This document shows positions 1 to 11,082 of a stretch of DNA of 64,000 bases, piece by piece; the stretch's first letter is position 1; each line of letters opens with the position of its first letter. The notes beneath the pieces were generated by a model. It ran no database searches. It was given only the letters and a program-made list of their open reading frames with translations, and was not told the origin of the DNA. Position numbers and translations under genes: made by a program. The stretch is taken from the NCBI GenBank assembly GCA_022801595.1, contig JAAWSO010000005.1, positions 57,622-121,621 on the forward strand, written 5' to 3'. The stretch comes from Clostridiales bacterium (lineage in GTDB: Bacteria > Bacillota > Clostridia > Oscillospirales > Acutalibacteraceae).

Positions 1-81
1 CAGCGGCGAAACAACAAGCGGGGATTCAAGAATAACGGCAGTTTGCGTTGTGCAATCGCCAGATTTTAGAGGTTTGTACGT

Positions 82-1947
82 ATGTATCATATTTTAAATA
101 AGATCAAATCTCCCAAGGATTTGCGTGGATTATCCGTGAAAGAACTGGAGCTTTTGTGCCGGGAAATCCGACATAAAATCATTCACGCAGTTGCTGCCAA
201 TGGAGGGCATTTGGCCTCCAATCTCGGTGTGGTAGATTTGACAGTTGCCTTGCACCAGGTGTTTGATCTTCCAACCGATCAGATTGTATGGGATGTTGGA
301 CATCAGTCCTACACACACAAGATTCTGACCGGCCGACTGGATCGGATTGATACTATTCGAACCAAGGGGGGCTTGTCTGGCTATCCAAACCGGACGGAGA
401 GCGAATACGATTCTTTTAACACTGGACACAGCAGCACATCAATTTCTGCGGCGCTGGGAATTGCGCAGGCGAAGAAAATGAAAAAGGAACCTGGCCATGT
501 CATTGCTGTCATTGGAGATGGCGCCTTGACCGGTGGCCTTGCCTATGAGGGCCTGAACAACGCAGGACGTTTTGACGGCAATTTTATTGTGATTCTCAAC
601 GATAATACCATGTCCATTTCCCGCAATGTGGGCTCTATTTCCAGGCATCTTTCTGCTTTACGGACAACGCCGGGATATTTGAAGGCAAAAGGAGATGTGG
701 AAAGCGTTTTAGACCGAATTCCGGTAGTGGGAGCTCCGGTCTATCGGGTTATCAGCCACTCTAAGGCTTTGATGAAACGGGTGTTGTATAACAGTACCAT
801 CTTTGAGGATATGGGTTTTGCCTATTATGGTCCCTTTCATGGCCATGATATGGAACAGCTTTTAGAGGTTTTGCAGAGTGTGAAACGAATTGACCGTCCT
901 GTTTTTTTGCATATTATGACAAAAAAAGGACGGGGATATCCTTTTGCGGAAAAAGATCCAGGAGTTTTTCATGGTGTTTCTGGATTTGATGTCAAGACTG
1001 GGAAAAGCGCCGCTTCATCCACCAATTTTTCGTCTGTTTTTGGAAATACTCTTTGTCAAATGGCAGAGAAAGATCCCACGATTTGTGCCATTACCGCTGC
1101 CATGCAGGAAGGGACTGCATTGACTGGATTTGCCAAACAGTTTCCCCAGCGTTTCTTTGACGTTGGAATTGCGGAGCAACATGCGATTACGTTTGCAGGT
1201 GGGTTGGCTTCTGCGGGGATGCTTCCTGTCTGCGCGATTTATTCCAGCTTTTTGCAACGCGGTTTCGATCAGATCATCCACGATGCTGCAATTCAAAAAG
1301 TCAAGGTGGTTTTGGCCGTGGATCGTGCTGGTGTCGTTGGTGAGGATGGAGAGACGCATCAGGGAATTTTCGATGTTCCATTTTTAAATTCTGTCCCAAA
1401 TGTTACGATATACTGCCCAGCGTATTACGATGAATTGACTCATGCGTTGACCGAGGCCTGTTACATCCAGGAAGGAGTTGTGGCTGTTCGTTATCCACGA
1501 GGTAAGGAGTTGTATTGTCCAGACGACTTTGAGAGCAGCTTTCAGGCATTTGATTGCTATGGGGAAGAGGAAGCAGAGTGTTTGCTGGTAACCTATGGAA
1601 GGCTATTTTCTTATGCTTGTAAGGCAAAAGAAACTTTGGAGGCCCAAGGGAAACGGATACGGATTTTAAAATTAAACCGGATTAAACCGATTGATCCTTA
1701 CGCGGTTTCTTTAGCGGCCCAATATGAGCGAGTCTTCTTTTTTGAAGAAGGAATCCAGCAGGGCGGCATTGGGGAACATTTTTACTATTTACTGGGTCAG
1801 GAAGGATTTCAAGGAAGGTATCATTTATCTGGTATCCATCAATTTGTTAAGCAGGCAACGGTTGCACAAAGTTTAATTGACCTTGGTTTGGATGATTCAG
1901 GAATGGTGGAAATGATTATGAAACACGACGGAGCAAACAGATTATGA
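82..1947 (+). CDS. dxs: 1-deoxy-D-xylulose-5-phosphate synthase
   Basis: 621-aa ORF. N-terminus GGHLASNLGVVDLTVALH and GDGALTGG thiamine-diphosphate motif are typical of DXS. AGAGG SD upstream of the ATG. Confidence 0.95.
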   Translation: MYHILNKIKSPKDLRGLSVKELELLCREIRHKIIHAVAANGGHLASNLGVVDLTVALHQVFDLPTDQIVWDVGHQSYTHKILTGRLDRIDTIRTKGGLSGYPNRTESEYDSFNTGHSSTSISAALGIAQAKKMKKEPGHVIAVIGDGALTGGLAYEGLNNAGRFDGNFIVILNDNTMSISRNVGSISRHLSALRTTPGYLKAKGDVESVLDRIPVVGAPVYRVISHSKALMKRVLYNSTIFEDMGFAYYGPFHGHDMEQLLEVLQSVKRIDRPVFLHIMTKKGRGYPFAEKDPGVFHGVSGFDVKTGKSAASSTNFSSVFGNTLCQMAEKDPTICAITAAMQEGTALTGFAKQFPQRFFDVGIAEQHAITFAGGLASAGMLPVCAIYSSFLQRGFDQIIHDAAIQKVKVVLAVDRAGVVGEDGETHQGIFDVPFLNSVPNVTIYCPAYYDELTHALTEACYIQEGVVAVRYPRGKELYCPDDFESSFQAFDCYGEEEAECLLVTYGRLFSYACKAKETLEAQGKRIRILKLNRIKPIDPYAVSLAAQYERVFFFEEGIQQGGIGEHFYYLLGQEGFQGRYHLSGIHQFVKQATVAQSLIDLGLDDSGMVEMIMKHDGANRL

Positions 1948-2759
1948 GTGAAAAGAAGCGATTAGATTGTTTGATTTTTGATTTGGGCCTGGCTGAAAGT
2001 CGGGAAAAGGCAAAGACTATGATTATGATGGGAAATGTTTATGTCGCAAATCAAAAATCCGATAAGCCTGGAACCATGGTTTCGGAGGATGCAAAGATAG
2101 AAGTACGAGGGGCAGCCCTTCCTTATGTTAGCCGCGGTGGTCTCAAGCTGGAAAAAGCGATGCAGTGCTTCGATGTTGTGTTACAAGATAAAGTCTGTAT
2201 GGATATTGGGGCTTCTACAGGTGGATTTACCGATTGTATGCTACAACATGGAGCTGTGAAGGTATATGCCGTAGATGTGGGTTACGGTCAGTTGGCCTGG
2301 AAGCTGCGTACGGATGATCGAGTGGTGAATTTAGAGCGAACCAATATCCGTTACCTTACAGAAGAGCAAGTACCAGATCCGATTGCGTTTGCCAGTGTAG
2401 ATGTTTCGTTTATTTCTCTCTGTTTGGTTTTGCCTGTTGCCCGCAATTTTCTGACCGAGCAAGGGGAAATGGTTTGTCTAATTAAGCCCCAATTTGAAGC
2501 GGGACGAGGAAAAGTTGGGAAAAAAGGGGTGGTACGGGAAAAGGCGGTCCATGTTGAAGTAATTGAAAAAATTCTCACTTTCGTTTTGGAAAATGGATTT
2601 TCCGTACGAAACCTGACATTTTCCCCGGTCAAAGGACCGGAAGGAAACATTGAATATCTTATCCACATTCAAAAATCCGCACAGCCAGAACAAATGGGTC
2701 AATGGAAGATTGATGAATTGGTAGAATGTTCGCATAAGGAATTAAATGGTGGTGAATGA
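1944..2759 (+). CDS. tlyA: TlyA-family rRNA 2'-O-methyltransferase (hemolysin A-like)
   Basis: 271 aa. S4-like N-terminus and FtsJ-type SAM motif DIGASTGGFTD. Start overlaps the dxs stop (ATGA). dxs-tlyA-nadK-argR-recN order is conserved in Firmicutes. Confidence 0.9.
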   Translation: MSEKKRLDCLIFDLGLAESREKAKTMIMMGNVYVANQKSDKPGTMVSEDAKIEVRGAALPYVSRGGLKLEKAMQCFDVVLQDKVCMDIGASTGGFTDCMLQHGAVKVYAVDVGYGQLAWKLRTDDRVVNLERTNIRYLTEEQVPDPIAFASVDVSFISLCLVLPVARNFLTEQGEMVCLIKPQFEAGRGKVGKKGVVREKAVHVEVIEKILTFVLENGFSVRNLTFSPVKGPEGNIEYLIHIQKSAQPEQMGQWKIDELVECSHKELNGGE

Positions 2760-2762
2760 CAA

Positions 2763-3623
2763 TTGAAAATTGCACTGATTCCCAACTTAGACAAACGTGA
2801 TGCCAAATTACATACGTCCCGCGTGATTGCAAAGCTTCAACAAATTGGTGGGGAAATCTTACTACAAAAAGAGTTTCAATCGGAGTTTTCAGAGTTTTCT
2901 GTGACGATCTGTGATGATGATCAGTTTTATCTGCGCTGTGATTATATTGTTGCTATCGGTGGAGATGGTACGATTATCCGGGTGGCGAAATACGCCGCCT
3001 TATCCGATAAGCCGGTGCTGGGGATTAATGTAGGTCGTTTGGGCTTTGTTGCCGGATTGGAAAAGCATGAGTTGTCTTATCTGGATGCTTTGGCATCAGG
3101 AGCCTATGAGATTGAAGAGCGTATGATGATTCAGGTGACGTATTGGGAAGATGGAAAGCAGAAAGTTGACCATGTGATCAATGAGGCGGTCATTGCCCGA
3201 GGGGCACTATCAAAAATTGTGGACTTTCAGGTATTTTCTCAAGAAGTATCCACAGGAGATTATCGCGCGGATGGTTTGATTATTGCCACTCCAACGGGTT
3301 CCACAGCATATTCCTTGTCCGCCGGTGGCCCTGTGGTCGATCCCCAAATGGATTGTATTTTACTCACTCCGGTATGTCCCCACTCGTTATTTTCCCGAAC
3401 TGTAGTATTTGGGGGCAAATCGAAGCTAAAAGTGCAGGCAAGTTCCCTGTATAACAGCGATATTTTTTTAACGCTGGATGGGGAACATTCCGTGCAGATT
3501 CATGAAGAACAACCATTGGAGTTTTGTCGGTCACCGCTTTCAGTTAAGATGATTCGGATGAAGAAGAATAATTTTTACAATGTACTCAGAGAGAAATTAG
3601 GAGATAGGAGGAATACGGAGTGA
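2763..3623 (+). CDS. nadK: NAD kinase
   Basis: 286 aa with IGGDGTIIR and TPTGSTAYSLSAGGP motifs. TTG start just after the tlyA stop, preceded by GGTGGTGA. Confidence 0.9.
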   Translation: MKIALIPNLDKRDAKLHTSRVIAKLQQIGGEILLQKEFQSEFSEFSVTICDDDQFYLRCDYIVAIGGDGTIIRVAKYAALSDKPVLGINVGRLGFVAGLEKHELSYLDALASGAYEIEERMMIQVTYWEDGKQKVDHVINEAVIARGALSKIVDFQVFSQEVSTGDYRADGLIIATPTGSTAYSLSAGGPVVDPQMDCILLTPVCPHSLFSRTVVFGGKSKLKVQASSLYNSDIFLTLDGEHSVQIHEEQPLEFCRSPLSVKMIRMKKNNFYNVLREKLGDRRNTE

Positions 3624-4075
3624 AAGCCAGTAGGCAAGCCAAAATTCTCGAATTTATTCAAACTTACAGCATTGATACCCAAGATGAATTGCTGCGGCGA
3701 TTGCGGGAAGATGGCTTTGAGGTGACACAGGCCACGGTTTCTCGAGATATGAAAGAATTGCGAATTATTAAAACCTTATCCAAGGATGGTAAATATCGCT
3801 ATTCCACAGGAAAAGAAGAAGTTCGCGACTCTCCAACGAAATTTTATGCGTTGTTCTCCGATTCCACCATTTCGGTTTCTCCTGCGGGCAATCTTATTGC
3901 GGTCAAATGCTTTTCTGGCATGGCACAGGCGATTTGTACCGCTATGGATTCCATTCATTGGGATGGTGTAGTGGGAACACTGGCTGGAGACGATACTATT
4001 TTTATTTTGTGTAAGGATGAAGCTTGTGCGGTTCAGTTTGCAGACGAATTGAGAAGTTTTATTCGCGGTAGGTGA
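3620..4075 (+). CDS. argR: arginine repressor
   Basis: 151 aa. Winged-helix N-terminus (EVTQATVSRDMKEL) and C-terminal GTLAGDDTIF motif. GTG start 8 nt after AGGAGG. Confidence 0.9.
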   Translation: MKASRQAKILEFIQTYSIDTQDELLRRLREDGFEVTQATVSRDMKELRIIKTLSKDGKYRYSTGKEEVRDSPTKFYALFSDSTISVSPAGNLIAVKCFSGMAQAICTAMDSIHWDGVVGTLAGDDTIFILCKDEACAVQFADELRSFIRGR

Positions 4076-4078
4076 AAT

Positions 4079-5752
4079 ATGCTATCACAGTTGTACATTG
4101 AAAATGTAGCAGTTATCGAGGAAGCAAGTATTGATTTTCATACGGGCCTAAATGTGATGACTGGTGAAACTGGTGCGGGAAAATCGATCATTATTGATGC
4201 GATCCATGCGATTATAGGCGAGCGCACCTCAAAGGAAATGATCCGAAGTGGAGCAAATTTAGCCCATGTTAGTGCCATGTTTCAGGATATTAATGAAACT
4301 GCCTTGGAAAAGCTGGAGGAACTGGGATACAAAACGGAAGAAGATGGTTCTCTATTGATTCAAAGAACCATTCGTTTAGACGGCAAAGGGACTTGTAAAA
4401 TCAATGGACGCCCTGCTACGGTTTCTACCCTGAAAGCAATTGCGCCAATGTTGATTAATATTCACGGCCAGCATGAAAGTTATCTCTTGCTTTCTTTGGA
4501 TCTTCATGCCCACTATATTGATCAAGTTGGTAGGTTAGATACTTTAGTTTCCCAATATCGTGTTTCTTATGACCGGATGAAGGAAATTCAAGCGGAATGG
4601 AAAGCATGCAATATGGATGAGGCGGAAAAAGCCAGAAAAATGGATTTGCTTCAATATCAAATTGATGAGCTGGAGTCTGCCAACTTGAAAGTGGGAGAAC
4701 AAGAGATATTGGCAGAGCAAAAAACCAAATTTCTGAATCATGGAAAAATTGTATCTGCACTGAATATGGCGAGAGATATCCTTTCAGGCAACGAAGAGAG
4801 GGAAGGGGTAGTTTCCATGTTAAGTGCCGCTTCTGGAGCTCTGGAGGAGATTGAGGAATACCTCCCGGCTGTGGAATCGATTTTAAATTGTCTGCGGGAA
4901 ATTGAATATGGACTCGAAGATTTGAGGGAAGAACTCCGAGACGCTTCCTCGGATCTGGAATATTATCCCGAAGACCTGGAGCAAATTGAACAACGCTTAG
5001 ATTTGCTGTATCGACTGAGCCTAAAGTATGGAAGCACAGAGGAAGAAATGCTACAATTTTTACAGCGCTGTATGGAAGAATGGAACCAAGTACAAGATTC
5101 GGAAGAACGTCTGGAGCGTTTGACCCAGGAATATGAGCAGGCCAAAACAGAATCCATTCAATTGGCCGCAGAATTGTCTGAACGTCGCAGTCAAGTGGCA
5201 GAGGAATTTACTGCCCAAGTGAAAGAACAGCTCCGTTTTTTGGATATGCCTGGAGTTGATTTTGTAGTTTCTCAGGAACGTGTTCCCTTAAATCGCTGCG
5301 GATGCGATAAGATGGAATTTTTTCTCTCTACCAATATAGGAGAACCACTGAAACCCATGGCTAAAATTGCATCTGGTGGTGAATTATCTCGGATTATGCT
5401 GGCAATTAAAACGGTGTTAGCTGATAAGGATACGGTTGATACTCTAATTTTTGATGAAGTAGATACAGGAATTAGCGGCAGTGCCGCACAGAAGGTTGGC
5501 CAAAAACTGCGCGAGGCGTCTCAAGACCGTCAAGTCATTTGTGTGACGCATTTGGCACAAATTGCAGCATTAGCTGATCATCAGTACCAAATTAAGAAAA
5601 GCACACAGAATGGGAAAACCTTTACCGAAGTCATTTGGCTAGACTTTGAAGGTCGAAAACAGGAGTTAGCTCGTTTAATTGGTGGAAGTCAAATTACACC
5701 ATTGACGTTGCAAAATGCTGAAGAAATGTTGAATTTGGCTAGGGAAAAATAA
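4079..5752 (+). CDS. recN: DNA repair protein RecN
   Basis: 557 aa. N-terminal Walker A GETGAGKS, long coiled-coil middle, SGGELSR signature near the C-terminus. Conserved argR-recN synteny. Confidence 0.95.
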   Translation: MLSQLYIENVAVIEEASIDFHTGLNVMTGETGAGKSIIIDAIHAIIGERTSKEMIRSGANLAHVSAMFQDINETALEKLEELGYKTEEDGSLLIQRTIRLDGKGTCKINGRPATVSTLKAIAPMLINIHGQHESYLLLSLDLHAHYIDQVGRLDTLVSQYRVSYDRMKEIQAEWKACNMDEAEKARKMDLLQYQIDELESANLKVGEQEILAEQKTKFLNHGKIVSALNMARDILSGNEEREGVVSMLSAASGALEEIEEYLPAVESILNCLREIEYGLEDLREELRDASSDLEYYPEDLEQIEQRLDLLYRLSLKYGSTEEEMLQFLQRCMEEWNQVQDSEERLERLTQEYEQAKTESIQLAAELSERRSQVAEEFTAQVKEQLRFLDMPGVDFVVSQERVPLNRCGCDKMEFFLSTNIGEPLKPMAKIASGGELSRIMLAIKTVLADKDTVDTLIFDEVDTGISGSAAQKVGQKLREASQDRQVICVTHLAQIAALADHQYQIKKSTQNGKTFTEVIWLDFEGRKQELARLIGGSQITPLTLQNAEEMLNLAREK

Positions 5753-5767
5753 TTTACCTGGAAAGCC

Positions 5768-5796
5768 TTGACAACCTTCTAGACATTCGATATAAT
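5768..5796 (+). promoter_or_regulatory. sigma-A type promoter of the tyrS leader
   Basis: TTGACA (5768-5773), 17-nt spacer, TATAAT (5791-5796), read directly. Confidence 0.6.
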
Positions 5797-5799
5797 TCA

Positions 5800-6075
5800 A
5801 TACATCGGCGTAGAAGAAAAGAAGTAGGAAAATAGAGCTGGTACAGAGAGTCTGCGGTTGGTGCAAGCAGATCCAGTGATTTTTTGAAATACCTTTCGGA
5901 GCCGCTGTCCAGAAATTTTAGGAAGAGTAGGGACAGCCGTGTTGTGCCCGTTATTGCACTGGGTAAGATCATGTATTTACCCATAAGGCTGTGATCGTGA
6001 GGTCACAGTAAATTGAGGTGGTACCGCGGTTTGATTCCGCCCTCTGCACAAGAAAGCAGGGGGCGTTTTTTGTTC
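5800..6075 (+). promoter_or_regulatory. T-box leader (tyrosine-specific candidate) with intrinsic terminator
   Basis: Conserved T-box sequence AAATTGAGGTGGTACCGCG at 6010-6028. Stem I elements AGAGAG and GGTGCAAG. UAC at 5890-5892 is the candidate specifier. Terminator GCCCTCTGC/GCAGGGGGC plus T-run at about 6038-6071. Sits directly upstream of tyrS. Confidence 0.85.
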
Positions 6076-6117
6076 CCTGAATATTCATTTATTTTTATTA
6101 CTATGGAGGATTAAAAC

Positions 6118-7347
6118 ATGGGCGTTTATGATGAATTGCAAGCAAGAGGTTTGATTGCACAGACAACGAATGAGGAAAAAATCAAGGATTTGTTGAATCA
6201 TGGAAAAATAACTTTTTACATTGGTTTTGACCCAACAGCCGATAGCCTTCACGTGGGACATTTTGTACAGATTATGGTAATGTCTCATTTACAAAAAGCT
6301 GGACATGTTCCGATTGCTCTGTTCGGTGGAGGAACTGGCATGATTGGAGATCCATCAGGAAAAACCGATATGCGTAAAATGCTGACAGAAGAAGAAATCG
6401 ACCATAATATTGCATGCTTCAAACATCAAATGTCTCGTTTGATTGATTTTTCAGAAGGAAAAGCAATGATGGCGAATAATGCAGATTGGCTGATGGAGCT
6501 CAATTATATTCGTTTTTTACGTGAGGTTGGAGTACATTTCCCAGTGAATCGTATGCTTGCAGCAGAATGTTACAAACAGCGTTTAGAACGGGGATTAACC
6601 TTCTTTGAAATGAACTATATGATTATGCAGAGCTATGATTTCTTAGAGCTGAACCGGCGATATAACTGTCAATTGGAGATGGGCGGCGATGATCAATGGA
6701 GTAATATTATTGGTGGTGTAGAGCTCATTCGTCGTGCTACTGGAAGAGAGGTTTATGGCATGACTTTTACTTTATTGACAACCAGCGAAGGAAAGAAAAT
6801 GGGCAAAACAGAAAGTGGTGCGGTTTGGCTTGATGCAGAAAAAACATCTCCCTTTGATTTTTATCAGTATTGGAGAAATGTAGCAGATGCAGATGTGATT
6901 CGCTGCTTAAAAATCCTTACTTTTCTTCCATTGACAGAGATTGCAGAATTAGCGAAATTGGAAGGAAGCGAATTGAATCAAGCAAAAGAAATTTTAGCTT
7001 TTGAAGTTACAAAGTTGATTCATGGAGAAGAAGAAGCTACAAAAGCACAAGAGGGGGCTAAAGCCTTGTTTGGAGCAGGTAATAGTACGGAAAATATGCC
7101 TTTTACGGAATTAACTGGAGCAGATTTCATGGAGGGTACGATCGGAGTTTTGGATTTATTGATAAAAACGAAATTAGTTCCATCCAGAGGTGAGGGAAGA
7201 CGTTTGGTAGAGCAGGGAGGCATCTCCATCAATGATGAAAAGATTACTTCTGCAACAGTTCGCTTAACTAAAGATCAATTTATAGATGGATTTGTTATCA
7301 TTAAAAAGGGAAAGAAAGTATATCATAAAGCAATTTTGGTGGATTAA
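6118..7347 (+). CDS. tyrS: tyrosine--tRNA ligase
   Basis: 409 aa. HIGH-type motif HVGH, KMSKS-type motif KMGKT, C-terminal S4-like domain. GGAGG SD. Confidence 0.95.
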   Translation: MGVYDELQARGLIAQTTNEEKIKDLLNHGKITFYIGFDPTADSLHVGHFVQIMVMSHLQKAGHVPIALFGGGTGMIGDPSGKTDMRKMLTEEEIDHNIACFKHQMSRLIDFSEGKAMMANNADWLMELNYIRFLREVGVHFPVNRMLAAECYKQRLERGLTFFEMNYMIMQSYDFLELNRRYNCQLEMGGDDQWSNIIGGVELIRRATGREVYGMTFTLLTTSEGKKMGKTESGAVWLDAEKTSPFDFYQYWRNVADADVIRCLKILTFLPLTEIAELAKLEGSELNQAKEILAFEVTKLIHGEEEATKAQEGAKALFGAGNSTENMPFTELTGADFMEGTIGVLDLLIKTKLVPSRGEGRRLVEQGGISINDEKITSATVRLTKDQFIDGFVIIKKGKKVYHKAILVD

Positions 7348-7350
7348 CAT

Positions 7351-10038
7351 ATGGCGCAAATCATGAAAAAATATGGGTTTTGTGCTTTTGCACCCATAGC
7401 AACTTTGGGGCTAGTTTTGATTGTTTTTGCACTTTATGGATTATTTCCATTTGGAGATAATACTTTATCTTGGTGTGATATGAATCAACAAGTTCTTCCC
7501 ATTCTTTTAGATTTAAAAAATATTCTTTCCGGTCAGTCAAATTTGTTTTTGAATATGGCAAATGCTGGCGGAATGAGCTTTTGGGGAGTTCTTTTATTTT
7601 TTATTTCTAGTCCATTTAGTTTTTTAGTTATCTTTGTCAATCCACAGGATATTTATCATTTTGCAAATATTTTAGTTTTGTTAAAAATGATTGTTTGTGC
7701 ATTGACAGCTAGTTTATTCTTACGAGTGAAGTTTCCTAATTTTGATCTTTTACAAAATATTGGCTTTTCTCTTATGTATGCTTTTTGCGGCTATACCATG
7801 ATGTATTATCAAAATGTGGTTTGGCTGGATATGATGTATTTATTTCCTATTCTATTGATGGGATTACATCGCCTCATTGAAAAACAAAAAATTTTACTTT
7901 TTGTTTTTTCTTTTACTGCGGTGATGGCAGTAAATTTTTATCTTAGCTATATGGTAGTTATCTTTTTGGTATTGGCATTTGGAGTCTATATTCATCTATG
8001 TGTACCAAAACAAAATAGAAAAAAGACTATTTTATTAATGACTATCTCTACATTATTGGTTGCTTTGATTACCGCAGTATTTTGGCTTCCGTCTCTTTTG
8101 CAATATTTAGATTCTGCCCGTACAGTAGGCTTAATTGAAAGTTTGTCCTCTGGCAGTTTTTTTGCCAAACTTACCACAACTTTACCAGTTCTATTATGTA
8201 CAGCAATTATCGTATGTACCATTCCTGTGGCCTTTCTTACTCAACAGCTAAAAAAACCAAAAGTTCGATGTGTTTTTCTTTTATTTTTATTGACACTATT
8301 ACCAATCATAATTGAGCCTATTAATAAAATGTGGCATACGGGAAGTTATCAGGCATTCCCAGTACGATATGGCTATATGACAGTTTTTTTAGGATTGATT
8401 CTTCTAGCCATGATTATTTCAGAACGAAATAAAAATCCCTTAATTGGATACTCCAAAAAGAATATTTGGATTCTTGTGTTTTTAGCAGTAGCGGTTGCAG
8501 GTGTAGCTTTTCTATCTTGGTCTTTTTTCACCAAACAATTCGATTGGTTTGGTGATATGAATTCCTATATTCAAACTCTTTGGATGAATCAGGAAGATTT
8601 TGGATATTTTCTTATTTTTGTTGTAATTGCTGCACTAGTCTATTTTGGCCTATTATTACTTTATTGGAATTCTTTATTACCACATTTGCCTTTTTCTATT
8701 TTGTTATGTGTAGTAGTAGTTTTTGAATGTTTATGTAGTAGTAGTATATTTATTGGATCAGCTTCTACTTCTGCACAAAGTTATCAAGCAGCATTAGACC
8801 TGGGAGCGCGAATTGATGATAATAGCTTATATCGAGTCAAAAATGATAAAAAATATTTTGATGTTAATTTAGTAGGTGCAATGGGATATAACACGTTAAA
8901 TCATTATACTTCTTTAATTTCAAAAGATTATATTTACACGATGAAAAAGCTAGGATTTTCTTCTTATTGGATGGAAGTGAACTCGAATGGAGGAACCAGT
9001 TTTTCTGATTTCTTGATGGCAAATAAATATACGATTACAAAGAAGTCGGCTATAGATTCTGATGCTCCTTTTATTTATTTTAACCAGGGATATGGAATTT
9101 TGGAGAATCCACTTAATCAATCATTTGGAGTTGTATTCTCTAGTGAAGATATTGCTGCTTTACATAAGATTCCAGATCTTTCAAGGATGGCTATTCAAAA
9201 CTATCTATTTCAATCCTTATATCATACGGATGAATCTCTTATCAAACAATATGAACCAGTAGATGAAAATAATTTAGCGGTATATTCTAATACTCCAACC
9301 ATTTTGAGTCAAACTTCCAATCGAACATCAGAGTTAGTATACCACTGTCAGGTAGATGGTACCCAAACCCTATATTTTGATTGTTTCCATGAATTAAGCA
9401 CCAATTTAGTGGAAGCAGTTAATGGAAGTGCTAATGTCTATGTAAATGGGAAGTTACTGGAAACCAAATATCCTTCTCAGAAAAACAACGGTTTACTGAA
9501 TTTAGGAACTTTTACCGACGAGATTGTTACGGTTCGAATTGAATTAATCAAGCCAAATCTAATTGCCAATTCTTTTGGTGTTTTTGGATTACAAGAAGAT
9601 CTGTTACAACAAAAAATTCAGAGCCAACCAAATGTTACTTTCCATCAAGAGAAAAATACTCTGATCGGAACCGCTAAAGCACTAGGAAAACAAGATTATC
9701 TGTTTGTTCCTATTGTCAATCAAAAGGGTTACACTGTGATAATCAATGGAAAAGAAGTAGAATCTCATACGGTTTTTGATGCATTTATGGCAATTAAGCT
9801 GGAACAAGGAGAAAATCAAATTACCATCCGCTATATACCAAGAGGTTTTGTACTTGGGATGGTATTATCCATTGTGGGAGTTTGTCTTTTGATTGGTTTT
9901 ATTCTACTATTACATTTTGGCAAGTTTTCGATTTTTCATCTCTTAGAAAAACCAGTTTCTCTTTTGTTCTATGGTATTTTTCTCCTTGTTTTCTTAGTGA
10001 TTTATATTTTCCCAGTCGTTATTTTTATATTTGTTTAA
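7351..10038 (+). CDS. YfhO-family polytopic membrane protein (putative glycosyl transferase)
   Basis: 895 aa. Many TM segments in the first roughly 480 aa, then a soluble domain and a C-terminal TM pair. The N-terminus (LFPFGDNTLSWCDMNQQ) resembles YfhO proteins. Confidence 0.7.
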   Translation: MAQIMKKYGFCAFAPIATLGLVLIVFALYGLFPFGDNTLSWCDMNQQVLPILLDLKNILSGQSNLFLNMANAGGMSFWGVLLFFISSPFSFLVIFVNPQDIYHFANILVLLKMIVCALTASLFLRVKFPNFDLLQNIGFSLMYAFCGYTMMYYQNVVWLDMMYLFPILLMGLHRLIEKQKILLFVFSFTAVMAVNFYLSYMVVIFLVLAFGVYIHLCVPKQNRKKTILLMTISTLLVALITAVFWLPSLLQYLDSARTVGLIESLSSGSFFAKLTTTLPVLLCTAIIVCTIPVAFLTQQLKKPKVRCVFLLFLLTLLPIIIEPINKMWHTGSYQAFPVRYGYMTVFLGLILLAMIISERNKNPLIGYSKKNIWILVFLAVAVAGVAFLSWSFFTKQFDWFGDMNSYIQTLWMNQEDFGYFLIFVVIAALVYFGLLLLYWNSLLPHLPFSILLCVVVVFECLCSSSIFIGSASTSAQSYQAALDLGARIDDNSLYRVKNDKKYFDVNLVGAMGYNTLNHYTSLISKDYIYTMKKLGFSSYWMEVNSNGGTSFSDFLMANKYTITKKSAIDSDAPFIYFNQGYGILENPLNQSFGVVFSSEDIAALHKIPDLSRMAIQNYLFQSLYHTDESLIKQYEPVDENNLAVYSNTPTILSQTSNRTSELVYHCQVDGTQTLYFDCFHELSTNLVEAVNGSANVYVNGKLLETKYPSQKNNGLLNLGTFTDEIVTVRIELIKPNLIANSFGVFGLQEDLLQQKIQSQPNVTFHQEKNTLIGTAKALGKQDYLFVPIVNQKGYTVIINGKEVESHTVFDAFMAIKLEQGENQITIRYIPRGFVLGMVLSIVGVCLLIGFILLLHFGKFSIFHLLEKPVSLLFYGIFLLVFLVIYIFPVVIFIFV

Positions 10039-10044
10039 CAAAAG

Positions 10045-10084
10045 AGTAGGAACCAATTAGGTTGGTCCTACTTTTTATTTTTAT
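10045..10084 (+). terminator. rho-independent terminator after yfhO
   Basis: Stem AGTAGGAACCAA / TTGGTCCTACT followed by TTTTTATTTTT. Confidence 0.8.
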
Positions 10085-10113
10085 CATACATTAAATGGTG
10101 AGGAGGCGAAAAT

Positions 10114-11019
10114 TTGCAAGTCAATCGATTGTTTGAGATTATTTATTTACTCATGAATCATGGGACTATGACGGCAAAACAGTTGGCGGAACATTTTGAA
10201 GTATCTAGCCGTACTATTTACCGTGATATTGATACTCTTTCTGGAGCTGGGATTCCTATTTATGCTTGTCAAGGAAAAGGGGGAGGGATTCGGCTATTAT
10301 CGGATTATGTATTGAATAGATCTTTGTTGTCGGAGCAAGAACAAAATGAGATTTTATTTGCATTGGAAAGTTTGCATGCGACCAATGGTTTACAAAATGA
10401 TCAAACCTTATCCCGGATTCGATTATTGTTTCAAAAACAAAATATAGATTGGATTGATGTTGATTTTTCTCATTGGTCTAGCAGTAAAAAAGAGAGAGAA
10501 AAATTTGAACTTTTAAAAGTTGGAATTTTGGAACATCGCCTGGTATCTTTTGTTTATTTTAATGCAAAGGGGGAAAGCAAACAACGATGGGTCGAACCTT
10601 ATAAACTATATTTTAAAAGTGGAAGCTGGTACTTGCAAGGATTTTGTCAAATGAAAAAAGAATTTCGTTTATTTAAGATTTTTCGTATGCATCAGGTCGT
10701 TTTATTGAAGGATATTTTTTCACCAGTAGATACGATTCCTCCTTATGATATGGGAGAAAGTACGGACACGATTACATTAGAATTGTTGTTTTCTCCTCAA
10801 ATTGCTTTTCGTGTCTACGATGAATTTGATCATGGGGATATTCAAAAAAATCCAGATGGCAGTTTATCAGTTTGCGTCACCTATCCACAAGGATCTTGGG
10901 TTTATGGTTATCTCTTGTCATTTGGAGAACATCTAATTATACAAGAACCCCAGGAAGCACAAGAGATTTTAAAACAACAAGCAAAAAGAATTTTACAAAA
11001 CTATCAAAGGGATCTTTAA
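10114..11019 (+). CDS. WYL-domain transcriptional regulator (YafY-like HTH + WYL)
   Basis: 301 aa. N-terminal HTH MTAKQLAEHFEVSSRTIYRDIDTL. Central WYL-type segment WVEPYKLYFKSGSWYLQGFC. TTG start 7 nt after GAGGAGG. Confidence 0.8.
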   Translation: MQVNRLFEIIYLLMNHGTMTAKQLAEHFEVSSRTIYRDIDTLSGAGIPIYACQGKGGGIRLLSDYVLNRSLLSEQEQNEILFALESLHATNGLQNDQTLSRIRLLFQKQNIDWIDVDFSHWSSSKKEREKFELLKVGILEHRLVSFVYFNAKGESKQRWVEPYKLYFKSGSWYLQGFCQMKKEFRLFKIFRMHQVVLLKDIFSPVDTIPPYDMGESTDTITLELLFSPQIAFRVYDEFDHGDIQKNPDGSLSVCVTYPQGSWVYGYLLSFGEHLIIQEPQEAQEILKQQAKRILQNYQRDL

Positions 11020-11082
11020 TATATGACATACTGTTGTCAAGATTTGTTTGGTACAATGGGAACAAAGAAAGGAAGTGCCAAA